This document shows, piece after piece, positions 1 to 10,049 of a stretch of DNA of 64,000 nt. The notes under the pieces were generated by a model. It saw nothing but the letters and a program-made list of their open reading frames with translations. It was not told the DNA's origin and did not search any database. The stretch is taken from positions 176,705 through 240,704 of the forward strand of contig CAXXXF010000013.1 of the NCBI GenBank assembly GCA_963667175.2, written 5' to 3'. Made by a program: the position numbers and the translations under genes. This stretch comes from Candidatus Latescibacterota bacterium (GTDB lineage: Bacteria; Latescibacterota; UBA2968; GCA-2709665). Position 1 is the stretch's first letter. Each line of letters begins with the position of its first letter.

Positions 1-1
1 G

Positions 2-931
2 GGCCGCAGAAAGGAACAGTTTTTCACAGTGACTACCCCAACAGGACGTACGGTTAATCCCCCTCCGGGCCGATGCTGGCTATATACGGAAGAGCGATTT
101 GCAGAAATGGTTGCAGACAACCGTATATGGTTTGGAACTGAAGGCACTAACGTCCCCCGGGTAAAGAAATTCCTGTCGGAAGTTCAACAAGGACTCGTTC
201 CATCTACACTCTGGCTTTACAGAGACGTCGGTACGACTGGAGAAGCAAAAAGTGAAACCACGGGCCTGTTTCCTGGAGAGATACCTTTTTCAACCCCGAA
301 ACCGGAACGTCTGCTTCAACGAATCCTTCATATCGCTACCAATCCAGGCGATCTCGTCCTCGATTCCTTCCTCGGCTCCGGCACGACCGCAGCGGTGGCG
401 CACAAGATGGGTCGGCGGTACATTGGCATAGAAATGGGTCAACACGCGGTGACACATTGTGTTCCGCGTTTGAGGAAAGTGATCGACGGCGAACAGGGCG
501 GCATCTCAAAGCTTGTAAATTGGCAGGGCGGTGGTGGATTTCGCTTCTATCGGCTCGGTCCGCCCGTCTTCGACGAGGACGGGCACATTCGATCGGATAT
601 CCGCTTTTCCGTGCTGGCCGCACATGTCTATTTCAGCGAGACCGGGCGTCCTTGGCGCGGCAACGACGATTCGCCACTCCTCGGTCTGCACGAGGGGCGC
701 GCCTACGCGCTACTGTACAACGGCATCCTCGGCGACGGGCAACCGGGCCCCGGCAATGTCTTGACCCGAAGGACTCTGACGATGATTCGTCGAGAGATTG
801 CGCGAAAGGATGCGGGTTTCGACGGTCCAGTGACCATCTACGGCGAACAGTCGCGCTTATCGCCTTCAACTCTCGATCGTGAGGGCATCGTTTACAAGCA
901 GACACCTTATGACGTCAAAGTGAGTCGATGA
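2..931 (+). CDS. mod: Type III R-M DNA adenine methyltransferase (Mod), 5'-truncated by the window edge
   Basis: Frame is open from base 2. Contains FSTPKPERLL, SAM-binding motif I DSFLGSGTT and YIGIEMG, plus a C-terminal extension typical of Mod proteins. A Res gene lies downstream. Confidence 0.9.
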   Translation, partial: GRRKEQFFTVTTPTGRTVNPPPGRCWLYTEERFAEMVADNRIWFGTEGTNVPRVKKFLSEVQQGLVPSTLWLYRDVGTTGEAKSETTGLFPGEIPFSTPKPERLLQRILHIATNPGDLVLDSFLGSGTTAAVAHKMGRRYIGIEMGQHAVTHCVPRLRKVIDGEQGGISKLVNWQGGGGFRFYRLGPPVFDEDGHIRSDIRFSVLAAHVYFSETGRPWRGNDDSPLLGLHEGRAYALLYNGILGDGQPGPGNVLTRRTLTMIRREIARKDAGFDGPVTIYGEQSRLSPSTLDREGIVYKQTPYDVKVSR

Positions 932-971
932 ACCTGCGGAATGCGTCAGCATGTGGGTGTAATCCTACGTC

Positions 972-2369
972 GTGCTGTCATTTACGGAGGAGCATTCACG
1001 AGGAGAATGGACGATCGATAGTGAAACATCGCGCATCCGCGACCCGGTCCATGGGCTAATTGTGTTCGGGGACCGAAATGACAAAGCCCGAAACGAGACG
1101 GATGACATCGCCTGGCGTCTGCTCAATACGCCCGAGTTTCAGCGATTGCGCCGAATCCGCCACTTGGGTTTCTCCGACCTGGTATATCCCGGCGCGACGC
1201 ATAGCCGATTTGCACACGCGGTCGGCGTCTATCACACAGCACGTCTGCTCATTGAAGTGATCAGGCGCCGCCTGAAGAACCGTGAGTTTGACAAGGAACG
1301 AGCAACGGTTGCGCTGTTGGCAGCGCTTCTGCACGATATCGGGCATGGGCCTCTGAGTCACGTCTTCGAACAAGCGTCTCAGGCCACGGGCGGTACAAAA
1401 CGCCATGAAGACTGGAGTGCGGAGATCCTCCAGGGAGATACGGAGGTCAACAGCATATTACAGGAGGTGGACAAGGGGTTACCGAGAGAAATTAGCGCGG
1501 TTATTAAGGAGGAAGAGCCGAAGGACATCTACGCCACTGTGGTTTCCAGTCAGTTCGACGCCGACCGACTCGACTACCTGCAGCGGGACCGCCTGATGAC
1601 CGGTGTCGAGTTCGCGCATCTCGATCGTGACTGGCTGTTCGACTGCCTGGAGGTCGGCTCGGTCACAATAGATGAGGATGCGCCGGTAAGGGTACCCTGT
1701 CTATATCTCAATCTCAAGGGTCTGCAAGTGGCGGAGGAATATCTGGAGGCCCGTTTCCGCCTCTACAAGGCGGTCTATATGCACAAGACCACACGGGCCG
1801 CCGAGAAGATGCTTGGCTCTATGCTAAAAACCTTCACGCTGGATTATCGAGACAGCCAACTGGCACAGCAAGAGCCATTATTGCGGTATTTTGTGGACGA
1901 ATCGCCGTCGTTGGGTTCGTATCTCGAACTCGACGATGCGTCGGTTTGGACCACCCTGGCGACTCTTGCTGCTTCATCCGACACTCACGTCGCTGAGTTA
2001 GCAAGCCGTCTGCGCGAACGCCGTCTATACAAGTGCCTGGACGTCGGAATGCAGGCGCAGGACGAAGCACAAGGCAATCTATTCCTCCGCTTCCGGCGAG
2101 AATTGAGGTATCGTTACCTGGGCTTCGACAGCCTTCTGTTCGACGACGCGCCGGTCACGCTATACGACTGGTACAGTTTCGAGGATTCCTCTGCACTCAA
2201 TAAAATACTCGTCAAGACGCGCGCCGAAGATCACGAACCAAAGGACATCGCCAACGTGTCGAGCATTGTACCTGCGCTTCGAGACGCGGAGCGTATTCAG
2301 CGGGTTTACGCCCCGTGCCAACGCCAAATAGAAGAAATCACTCGCATTATGGAGGAGATCAATAAATGA
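972..2369 (+). CDS. HD-domain phosphohydrolase, SAMHD1/YwfO/YdhJ-like (putative dNTP triphosphohydrolase)
   Basis: Motifs RDPVHG, PEFQRLRRIRHLG..VYPGATHSRFAH, LLHDIGHGPLSH, DADRLDYLQRD and VYMHKT. Start codon uncertain (GTG). Confidence 0.9.
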   Translation: MLSFTEEHSRGEWTIDSETSRIRDPVHGLIVFGDRNDKARNETDDIAWRLLNTPEFQRLRRIRHLGFSDLVYPGATHSRFAHAVGVYHTARLLIEVIRRRLKNREFDKERATVALLAALLHDIGHGPLSHVFEQASQATGGTKRHEDWSAEILQGDTEVNSILQEVDKGLPREISAVIKEEEPKDIYATVVSSQFDADRLDYLQRDRLMTGVEFAHLDRDWLFDCLEVGSVTIDEDAPVRVPCLYLNLKGLQVAEEYLEARFRLYKAVYMHKTTRAAEKMLGSMLKTFTLDYRDSQLAQQEPLLRYFVDESPSLGSYLELDDASVWTTLATLAASSDTHVAELASRLRERRLYKCLDVGMQAQDEAQGNLFLRFRRELRYRYLGFDSLLFDDAPVTLYDWYSFEDSSALNKILVKTRAEDHEPKDIANVSSIVPALRDAERIQRVYAPCQRQIEEITRIMEEINK

Positions 2370-2899
2370 ACGCGAAAGACGTCGTAGTCGACATAGTTAA
2401 ACTGAGCGGTCACGAATTGAACGGCCAGACCCGGCTGCAGAGGGAAGCCTACCTGCTGGATCGCTGCGGGGCGAAATTCGGGATCTCGTTCTTCTACTAC
2501 CATCACGGTCCGTATTCCTTCGAGCTAGCGGATGGATGGGCCGACGCAAAAGCCGAAGATCGGATTGAAATCAAGCAAAAGCTCGGCCGGTACGATGTCT
2601 CATACTTGAGTTTCAAGAAGAAAGCGGCCGATGCCCATCCGGAAAACCTGGGCGAACTTTCAGCCGCCGATGCTCGGGAACGACTACAGAAAATGGCGCA
2701 GGTATCAGACGTCGTTTTGGAACTCGCCGCTACTATCGTATTTCTGAAGGAAAATGGTTATAGTGAGCGGCCAATTGAAGAGTTGAAAATGCGCAAGCCT
2801 ATCAAAGCCGCGGGTGGTCGGACCGAGAAAGCCAGGGCTCTTCTCTGCGACCTCGGCCTCAAAAGTGAAGCGACGCTTTCAGAGTCGGCTGCGATTTAG
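2366..2899 (+). CDS. YwgA/SocA-Panacea-like winged-helix protein
   Basis: GQTRLQREAYLL...FFYYHHGPYSFEL matches the G-x-T-R-L-Q-K...Y-G-P-Y-S signature. ATGA overlap with the HD gene. Confidence 0.65.
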   Translation: MNAKDVVVDIVKLSGHELNGQTRLQREAYLLDRCGAKFGISFFYYHHGPYSFELADGWADAKAEDRIEIKQKLGRYDVSYLSFKKKAADAHPENLGELSAADARERLQKMAQVSDVVLELAATIVFLKENGYSERPIEELKMRKPIKAAGGRTEKARALLCDLGLKSEATLSESAAI

Positions 2900-2921
2900 A
2901 TAGGATTTCAGGAACTGATCC

Positions 2922-5567
2922 ATGCAACTCAAACAATTCCAGATAGATACTCTCTCAGTCCTGCGCCGGTTTTTTGAGGAGGCACGAATCGCCGGGCCGA
3001 AGAACGCCTATGAAGCGATAACGACGGAACCGGAGCAGGCCGCGCGGCTTGGCGGATATTGCGCAGAATATATACCCTTGATGGAATTGCCTGACGTTCC
3101 GTATATCTGCCTGCGCCTGCCCACGGGCGGTGGCAAGACCATCCTGGCTGCGCATTCCGTTTCCGTTGCCCAGGGCGCATGGATTGAGAAGGACTATCCG
3201 TTGGTTCTGTGGCTTGTGCCGACGAATACGATCCGTCGGCAGACGGTCGACGCGCTGAAGAACACGCGCCACGGTTATCGGCAGGTGCTGGACGAGGCAT
3301 TTGAGGGGCGAGTGCGAATATTTGACATCTCAGATTTCACGTATATCCGCCCTCACGACCTGAGAGACCGGTGCTGCATTGTGGTGGGTACGATCCAGAC
3401 GTTGAGGGTGAGAAGCACCGAGGGCCGCAAGGTCTACGCGCACAGCGAAGAAATGGAACCCCACTTCGCCAGGGCGCCGATGAAGGCGCCTGGTCTGGAG
3501 TTGCTGAATAACGGAACGGCCAAATACTCCTTTGCCAACCTGCTGCATCTGCATCGCCCGCTGATGGTGGTCGACGAGGCGCACAACGCCGTGACCGGGC
3601 TCACCAGGGAGATGCAGGCGCGAGTAAACCCATGCGGTATTATCGAGTTTACCGCTACGCCACGGACAAGATCAAACATTCTGCACAGCGTTTCCGCGCT
3701 CGAACTCAAGCGTGAGGAGATGATCAAGTTGCCGATCGCACTTTCCGAGTGCGACACGTGGCAGAGCGCCGTTAACGGCGCAGTGGCCGCCCGTGCCGCG
3801 TTGTCGGAAAAAGCCCGGGATGACTCCGCCTACGTCCGTCCAATCGTTCTCTTACAGGCGCAGGCGAGAAATCAGGACGTGCCGGTTCAGGCGTTGAAAG
3901 CGCATTTGATTGACGTCGAGCAGGTAACTGAAGAGAAGATCGCTGTGGCGACCGGCGATCAGCGGCAGCTCGACGGTATAGACCTATTCGACCGGGCTTG
4001 CCCTATCGAGTACGTCATTACGGTCGAGGCGCTCAAGGAAGGGTGGGACTGTTCGTTTGCGTACGTTTTCTGCTCTGTCTCGCGCATTCAGAGCGCGAAA
4101 GACGTGGAGCAGTTACTCGGTCGCGTGCTTCGAATGCCTTACGCGAAAAGGCGAGAGGTTGCAGATCTCAATAAGGCTTATGCCTTCCTTTCCGAACCGT
4201 CTTTTGGACAGGCTGCGCGTGGGCTTGCTGACAAGCTTGTGGCCATGGGCTTTGAGGAAGACGAGGCTTTGGAAAATATCGAGCATGTTCAGCGCACGTT
4301 CGACGATGAGGGTGACCTGTATCGCACACGGGACAAGCAGGATCCGATATTTGCCCACGAGGTCACAGCGACTACCGAGGTCTTGTATGCACTCAAGGAG
4401 GTCAACCACGAGAGATTGCTGGTGCGCGAAACGGCTGAGGGGAAGGTCGAAATCGCGATAGCGGGCTGGATCAACGAGAGCAGCGAGAAGGCCATTTGGG
4501 AGACGTTGCCTGCGCCGGAGAGAAAGCCTTTCGCCAATGCCGTTGCGAAATATCGCGTCAACGTCAAGGATCAAGTCGCACCCGCCGAACAGGGCCTGGA
4601 ATTCCAGGTTCCGCGTTTAATGTCGGAAATTCAGGGGACGCATGAATTCGCCGATGCCGACGTGTTCATGGAATATAACGAATGGTCGTTGCTCAACCAT
4701 TCTCCAAAGATTGATGAGCACGAGTTTTCGATCCATGAGACTGCCCGCAGCTTCGAGATCGACCTGGACGGTAAGCGCGTTACCTACCGTTTCGCCAGCA
4801 CGGAGGAACAAATGACGCTGAACGTCGACGTGGAAGGTTGGACACCGGAAGCACTCGTCCTGTGGCTCGACCGAAAGGTGCGCCAGGTGGATATTCATCA
4901 GCGCGAACTATTAAGATGGCTGCGCGATTTGGTTGGCCATCTGCTTAACGTACGCGGCATGGGCATCTCTGCGCTGATGCGCTGCAAATTTCTGCTTGCC
5001 AGGAAGATTCAGGACAAGATCAACGGTATTCGCAAGATGGAACGGGACGCCGTATACCAGCGTTACCTATTCGCGCCCGGGTCTGGAGTATCGGTATCGT
5101 TCGATAACGCCTTTTCGTTCCAAGCCGGTATGTACCGGGATCAAAGAAATTATCGCGGGCGCTGGAAACCACGAAAGCACTACTTGGGTTCAGATAACGT
5201 TCCGGCCTTTGACGGCGCTGAAGACGGTGAGGAGGTTCAGTGCGCTCAGGTAATCGACAGCCTCCCGGAAGTCGCATACTGGATTCGCAACGTGGCGCGT
5301 CATCCGAGTTCGTTCTGGTTGCCGACTGCGACGGGTAAGTTCTATCCAGACTTCGTAGCGCAAATGTCGGATAGCCGCCTCTTTGTGGTCGAATACAAAG
5401 GCGCGCATATTGCTGATGGGCCGGATACCGCTGAAAAGCGCACGATTGGCGCCCTATGGGAGAAAGCGAGCGAGGGGAAGGGTCTTTTTATCGTCGCTGA
5501 GAAAACCGTCGACGGGAGCGACGTTCGAGAGCAACTGACGCAGAAAATCCGCAGTTTCAGATATTAG
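2922..5567 (+). CDS. res: Type III restriction enzyme Res subunit (SF2 helicase-like ATPase + PD-(D/E)xK nuclease)
   Basis: Walker A LPTGGGKT, DEAH, TATP, ALKEGWD, QLLGRVLR and C-terminal FYPDFV...VEYKG. Confidence 0.9.
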   Translation: MQLKQFQIDTLSVLRRFFEEARIAGPKNAYEAITTEPEQAARLGGYCAEYIPLMELPDVPYICLRLPTGGGKTILAAHSVSVAQGAWIEKDYPLVLWLVPTNTIRRQTVDALKNTRHGYRQVLDEAFEGRVRIFDISDFTYIRPHDLRDRCCIVVGTIQTLRVRSTEGRKVYAHSEEMEPHFARAPMKAPGLELLNNGTAKYSFANLLHLHRPLMVVDEAHNAVTGLTREMQARVNPCGIIEFTATPRTRSNILHSVSALELKREEMIKLPIALSECDTWQSAVNGAVAARAALSEKARDDSAYVRPIVLLQAQARNQDVPVQALKAHLIDVEQVTEEKIAVATGDQRQLDGIDLFDRACPIEYVITVEALKEGWDCSFAYVFCSVSRIQSAKDVEQLLGRVLRMPYAKRREVADLNKAYAFLSEPSFGQAARGLADKLVAMGFEEDEALENIEHVQRTFDDEGDLYRTRDKQDPIFAHEVTATTEVLYALKEVNHERLLVRETAEGKVEIAIAGWINESSEKAIWETLPAPERKPFANAVAKYRVNVKDQVAPAEQGLEFQVPRLMSEIQGTHEFADADVFMEYNEWSLLNHSPKIDEHEFSIHETARSFEIDLDGKRVTYRFASTEEQMTLNVDVEGWTPEALVLWLDRKVRQVDIHQRELLRWLRDLVGHLLNVRGMGISALMRCKFLLARKIQDKINGIRKMERDAVYQRYLFAPGSGVSVSFDNAFSFQAGMYRDQRNYRGRWKPRKHYLGSDNVPAFDGAEDGEEVQCAQVIDSLPEVAYWIRNVARHPSSFWLPTATGKFYPDFVAQMSDSRLFVVEYKGAHIADGPDTAEKRTIGALWEKASEGKGLFIVAEKTVDGSDVREQLTQKIRSFRY

Positions 5568-5599
5568 TGGAATTCTCGTGCGGGATCATTGACATGCGT

Positions 5600-8473
5600 C
5601 TACCTCGGCGCCAGATATCGATCTCCATTGAAGTGAATCATGTGATCCGGTATTTCGGATAACCAGACTTCCGTCTGCCAAGCGATTTCGGTGATGAAAT
5701 CCTTGAAGATGTTGAAGTCCGGGAATGCACTCACGTAAACTCGGGTGGCAGGACAATCTCCAAACATCTCCTCGAGTTCGACGTGGCGTTTCGGAGAAAC
5801 CGGACCGTGGGATGTGACGGCTTCGATCAAGTACAGTCGACTCTGATTTTCTCCATAAAGTACGATATCCGGCAATTTGTCGTGACTGGGAACAGGTAGA
5901 CCAAGCCCGTCGAAACCTTTTTCATTGAGGATCAACGACTTATTTTCTGCATCGCCAAGATAGAGAAGCTGGGCGCCGGGGGCGAATCTTGGCCCGAATT
6001 CCTCAACAACGGCGGCCTGTAATTCGTTGTGTTGCCCGGGCGAGAGGTGAAATTCCTCGCCAGTTGGCAGTTGTAAAGGCACTCTGTGCTGATCTCGGCG
6101 TTTCTGATAGACTTCGAAGAGTGCGCCCTTTACCTCGTTGAAGGATGCGATTGCCTGTTGCCACATCTCGGTACCGTACGCGCTAATTGTCCGAATCGCG
6201 GATTCAGATAGTGTGTAATGGGTGCGCGGACTGTTTGTCGGGAGGGACACGTCATCAGGGTTTCGAATTACGAGACCTGCCTGCTCGAATTGATGAATGA
6301 CCCGGCGACGAATGGTCTCTCGCGTATTCTCCGCGTATTCGCGATCGTATCTGTCCCTGATTTCTTCCAATACGTCGTGAATCCGCAAACTACGGGATCT
6401 CGCTTCAGCCCAGGGGGTATCTTCAGAAAGTTGCGCAAGGACAAGCAATGTCAGAGCCGACGTTTCGTTTTGTTGTGCGGGTGGCAGCCCTAAGGATTTC
6501 AATACCTCTTGAGCCTCCTGTATTCTTCCGATTGACATACGGGATTCCTTTATTGTAGGGAAATCTCTCGGAATACATCCGGTTTCTCTCAACGTGGTAA
6601 AAACCAGAGCGTCTGAATCCACTCCTTTTTTTGATTCTTCGACTGACCGATGCCGTTCTCCAATTCGCCTGATGACTTTTCGGGGCGGAAGCGGCAATGC
6701 GCGCAATTCCATTGCGTTTACCTGGGTGTTTCCACTTGAAATGCGGAAATACCGATCCAATAGCGCGCAATTTAACACGGCTGACAGTCCAAGCGTTTCT
6801 TCGACGTCGAGTTCGCCGTTCTTCCTGTATATGTAATTGAGATGATTCTCAAGCCCGATCCTCTTATGGCTAAATTGGTCTTTCAGTAACGGCGCTGAAA
6901 TCAGACGACGTGGTTCTTCCTTTGCGCTAAACCGGCAAAGCAGGACGTAGTTCGAAACCGGGACGGACAGATCCTCAGCGGATTCACCGAGAGAAAGGCC
7001 CTGTGGTTTGGCGCCTTTTAACGCGGGCCATTCAACCTTTCGGCGTCGCACATTGTTCATCCACAGAAGCGGGACCGCGTGGTCGCGTTCAACTGCGACT
7101 TCATCTGTCAGAGACCCTCTGGCACGGAAGCCAACCACCGGACCCGTTGACACTTCCAAACCGTATTTCTGCAGGGTGCCCGGCCAGCGATCCACGATTT
7201 CGATAACCTGCTCGTCGAACTCGCTCGTGGGCAATCTGAAATTGAGCTTGTTCTTGTACTCCCGTATGAAATGCCTCCGGGTCACCATGCGGGCTATCGA
7301 TTCGCCCAAATCCAGCGCGTTTTTCGATGATGAAATCTTGATAAATGAAGACTCGGGTGCTTTTTCGTCCGGTAATCTTCGGAACGCAACGATAACATTT
7401 TCCTGAAGGACGGAATCTTTACCAAATGTGTCGTGGCGCGATTCAAACAAGTGAACAGACACAGGGAGCGTTAGGTCGACAAACTCCCGCCTGAATGCGG
7501 AAAAGTAAGCGCCCGAACAGAAGCTTCGTGGGACGATAAAACACGCGCATCCCTGAGGCGCAAGCATTCTTGCGGAGAGCGCCATGAACAGTGTATAGAT
7601 ATTCGAATGTCCTTTTATCTGGCCTGCTACTGCTTTTACGCGAGGGTCGTTGCTATTCAGTTTGAAATACGGTGGATTCGCGATAATCTTGTCATACAGT
7701 AATGGCTTTCTCGGATTGACTGGATTGTCGACCTGGAAGAGCGAAGGCTGAGGCGATGGGATGCAATCAACGACAAAATCGCGATTATATACATGTGCGT
7801 GAACGGTAATGCCTCTTTCTTGAGCGCGTCTTGCTGCCCGTTCAAGTGCCGTGCGGGCAACTTCAGACAAGCCCTCGTCGATTTCATATCCGTCGATCCA
7901 TAATTCCATCGGGCGGCCTGCGATTATCGTGCGTTCAATGAGCGCACATGCCAAAACGCCGGAACCAATGGATGGATCGAGCAACCTTTCACCGTCTCGC
8001 ACCGGCCCGAGTTGCCCGGCCATAAAGCGGCCAACCAGCTCGGGCGTGAGGAATTGGCCGTTTTGCTTGCGGTGAGCAATAGGCCGTTCTGATAGAGCGT
8101 CTTCACCCAACTTAAGACTGAAATCCACTAAGTCCGGTACTCGATATGCAGGGACGCTTTCTGCGACGGACATCGTCGACACACGGCGCAGGACGGATGT
8201 GGCAAATTCAGGATCTTTTTTTATAAACTCCCTCATCGAGGTTGTTTGTCTTCCGGACAGAAGCTGCAGTTCCTCCGGATCGCATTTCAGAATCTGGGTC
8301 AGCCGTAAGATTAACGACTCAGATGGCCGGACTTTTCCAGCTTCGATTCGTGACAGGTGAGCCGGGTCGACTCCAATCGCAAACGAGAGTGACCGTAAGC
8401 TGATATTTTCCCTTTCTCTCAGCGAACGCATGTACTGGCCGAATTCCATTCGCATCCTTCGCCTGTAAACCAT
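5600..8473 (-). CDS. Fused XRE-HTH / gamma-class N6-adenine methyltransferase / BsuBI-PstI-family restriction endonuclease
   Basis: N-terminal HTH (SLRSLSFAIGVDPAHLSRIEAG). MTase motifs GQFLTP, LLDPSIGSG, NPPY, ENHLNY and GNTQVNA. From aa 646, a BsuBI/PstI-type REase (EAQEVLKSLGLP, YAENTRETIRR, LSPGQHNELQ, KLPDIV...IEAVTSHGP, HMIHFNG). No stop codon between the parts. Confidence 0.85.
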   Translation of the reverse strand: MVYRRRMRMEFGQYMRSLRERENISLRSLSFAIGVDPAHLSRIEAGKVRPSESLILRLTQILKCDPEELQLLSGRQTTSMREFIKKDPEFATSVLRRVSTMSVAESVPAYRVPDLVDFSLKLGEDALSERPIAHRKQNGQFLTPELVGRFMAGQLGPVRDGERLLDPSIGSGVLACALIERTIIAGRPMELWIDGYEIDEGLSEVARTALERAARRAQERGITVHAHVYNRDFVVDCIPSPQPSLFQVDNPVNPRKPLLYDKIIANPPYFKLNSNDPRVKAVAGQIKGHSNIYTLFMALSARMLAPQGCACFIVPRSFCSGAYFSAFRREFVDLTLPVSVHLFESRHDTFGKDSVLQENVIVAFRRLPDEKAPESSFIKISSSKNALDLGESIARMVTRRHFIREYKNKLNFRLPTSEFDEQVIEIVDRWPGTLQKYGLEVSTGPVVGFRARGSLTDEVAVERDHAVPLLWMNNVRRRKVEWPALKGAKPQGLSLGESAEDLSVPVSNYVLLCRFSAKEEPRRLISAPLLKDQFSHKRIGLENHLNYIYRKNGELDVEETLGLSAVLNCALLDRYFRISSGNTQVNAMELRALPLPPRKVIRRIGERHRSVEESKKGVDSDALVFTTLRETGCIPRDFPTIKESRMSIGRIQEAQEVLKSLGLPPAQQNETSALTLLVLAQLSEDTPWAEARSRSLRIHDVLEEIRDRYDREYAENTRETIRRRVIHQFEQAGLVIRNPDDVSLPTNSPRTHYTLSESAIRTISAYGTEMWQQAIASFNEVKGALFEVYQKRRDQHRVPLQLPTGEEFHLSPGQHNELQAAVVEEFGPRFAPGAQLLYLGDAENKSLILNEKGFDGLGLPVPSHDKLPDIVLYGENQSRLYLIEAVTSHGPVSPKRHVELEEMFGDCPATRVYVSAFPDFNIFKDFITEIAWQTEVWLSEIPDHMIHFNGDRYLAPR

Positions 8474-8508
8474 GCTCCCAAATACATTCTCACGGCGCCA
8501 CCATTGCT

Positions 8509-8538
8509 AATGTATTCGCTGTTGATCGATTTGTCAAC
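8509..8538 (-). promoter_or_regulatory. sigma70-type promoter of the fused R-M gene with an overlapping inverted-repeat operator
   Basis: Minus strand reads TTGACA-17nt-TACATT (8537-8532; 8514-8509). Inverted repeat GTTGA-N8-TCAAC at 8521-8538 covers the -35 box. Confidence 0.6.
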
Positions 8539-8731
8539 GGCATATATTCGGTTCGATCGGGTATGAGACTGTCTTGATACTTCGGCTTGAAAGACCGACA
8601 CCATTTGGTTCTTGTGTGTTTGGCACGCGGACCCACGCTTCACGTCGCGTGAGGATGCTTCCGCTGACTGACTCACGCCAGTACCAAAAAAGATCCTGAA
8701 TTTGTGCCAGCTTCCAACCCGGGAGTCTACG

Positions 8732-10049
8732 ATGGGTATCTTGCGAGGCCACATTATCGACGGCGCGACGGGAGAGCCAATCGACGCCAAGGTCCACGTG
8801 CTGACGTCCGACGGCCGTTTTACGCAACCACGCGACGCCGTGTTGAAGCGTGGCCCGGGCACGCCGTTCTTCTTTTGCGACGGTTCCTTCGAGGTTCGGA
8901 CGGGTCGTGGACGCACCGACGTTCGGGTCGAACGCGGCACGGAGTACGAGCCCCTGCGCACGGTTATCGATATGCCGGAACACGGCGCCAGGGACGTCCA
9001 GATCGTCCTGAACCGATGGTATTTCCCGCAGGAGAACAACTGGTATCCCGGCAACACCCACATCCACTACGATGAAAGGGAAACGCGGCCTGACGACAGG
9101 CTGGCGATCGACTGCAGCGTCGAAGGCTATAACGTGACCGTCGTCAGCGTTCTGGACAGAAGGCAACTTCCGTACGCCAGCAACAAATATCCCATTGGCG
9201 TGATGAACGATTTCACCACCGCCCATCACGTGCTGGACATTGGTGAAGAGAACCGCCACTACGGTGAAAGCTCGCCATGGGGTTTCGGATACGGACACGT
9301 GATGTTTCTCAACATCCGGAACCTCGTCCAGCCCGTCAGCCGCGGTGCTGGGGAAACTGGACGCCTTCAATCTGTTCGATCCATTCTGGATGGACCCCGA
9401 ATACGATCTCTGGTACAAGCTGCTCAATTGCGGCATCGCTCTGCCCGCTTCCACCGGCACGGACTGGTTCGTCTGCTCCAACAACCGCGTGTACGTCAAC
9501 ACCAGCGATACGTTCTCCTACGAGAACTGGATCGCCGGCATGAAGGCGGGCAATACGTTCATCACCAACGGTCCCGCCGTCGATCTGCGCGTCAACGACC
9601 ACCCGATGGGATCTACGGTTCAGTTGCCCACCGGCGGCGCCCTCGACGTCGAGGCAAATTATACGTCATTCTACCCCGTTCATCGCGCGGAGATCGTGAT
9701 GAACGGCCGCGTGATTCACTCCGAGTACGAGCCAGAAGGCAAACGCGATGGCTCGCTCCGCCACCGCGCGGAGGTCGATCGCGACGGCTGGATCGCAGCG
9801 CGGCTCTGGGGCGACGGGCGCGACAGTTTCGACCAGTCCATCTACGCCCACAGCAGCCCGGTCTATTTTTCGTGTGGCCGTCCGCCCGCCGAACGGGAGG
9901 ACTCCGCCCGGCATTTCATAAACGGGATCGACGACTCGCTCAAATGGATCGACACCTGGGGACGTTTCAACACCGACCGGCAACGCGAAGACGTGCGGGA
10001 ACTCTTCCGCCGCGGGCGGGAAGGTTTCCTGGGGCTGGCAAAGGGTTAA
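8732..10049 (+). pseudogene. CehA/McbA-family PHP-type metallohydrolase, frameshifted/internally deleted near 9339-9347
   Basis: ATG 8732 has a GGGAG SD. The first frame gives GNTHIHYD...GEENRH...GHV...QPVSRG, then coding sense continues in another frame (VLGKLDAF...LWYKLLNCG...GTDW...RVYV...FITNGP...AHSSPVY) to TAA 10049. Confidence 0.75.
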
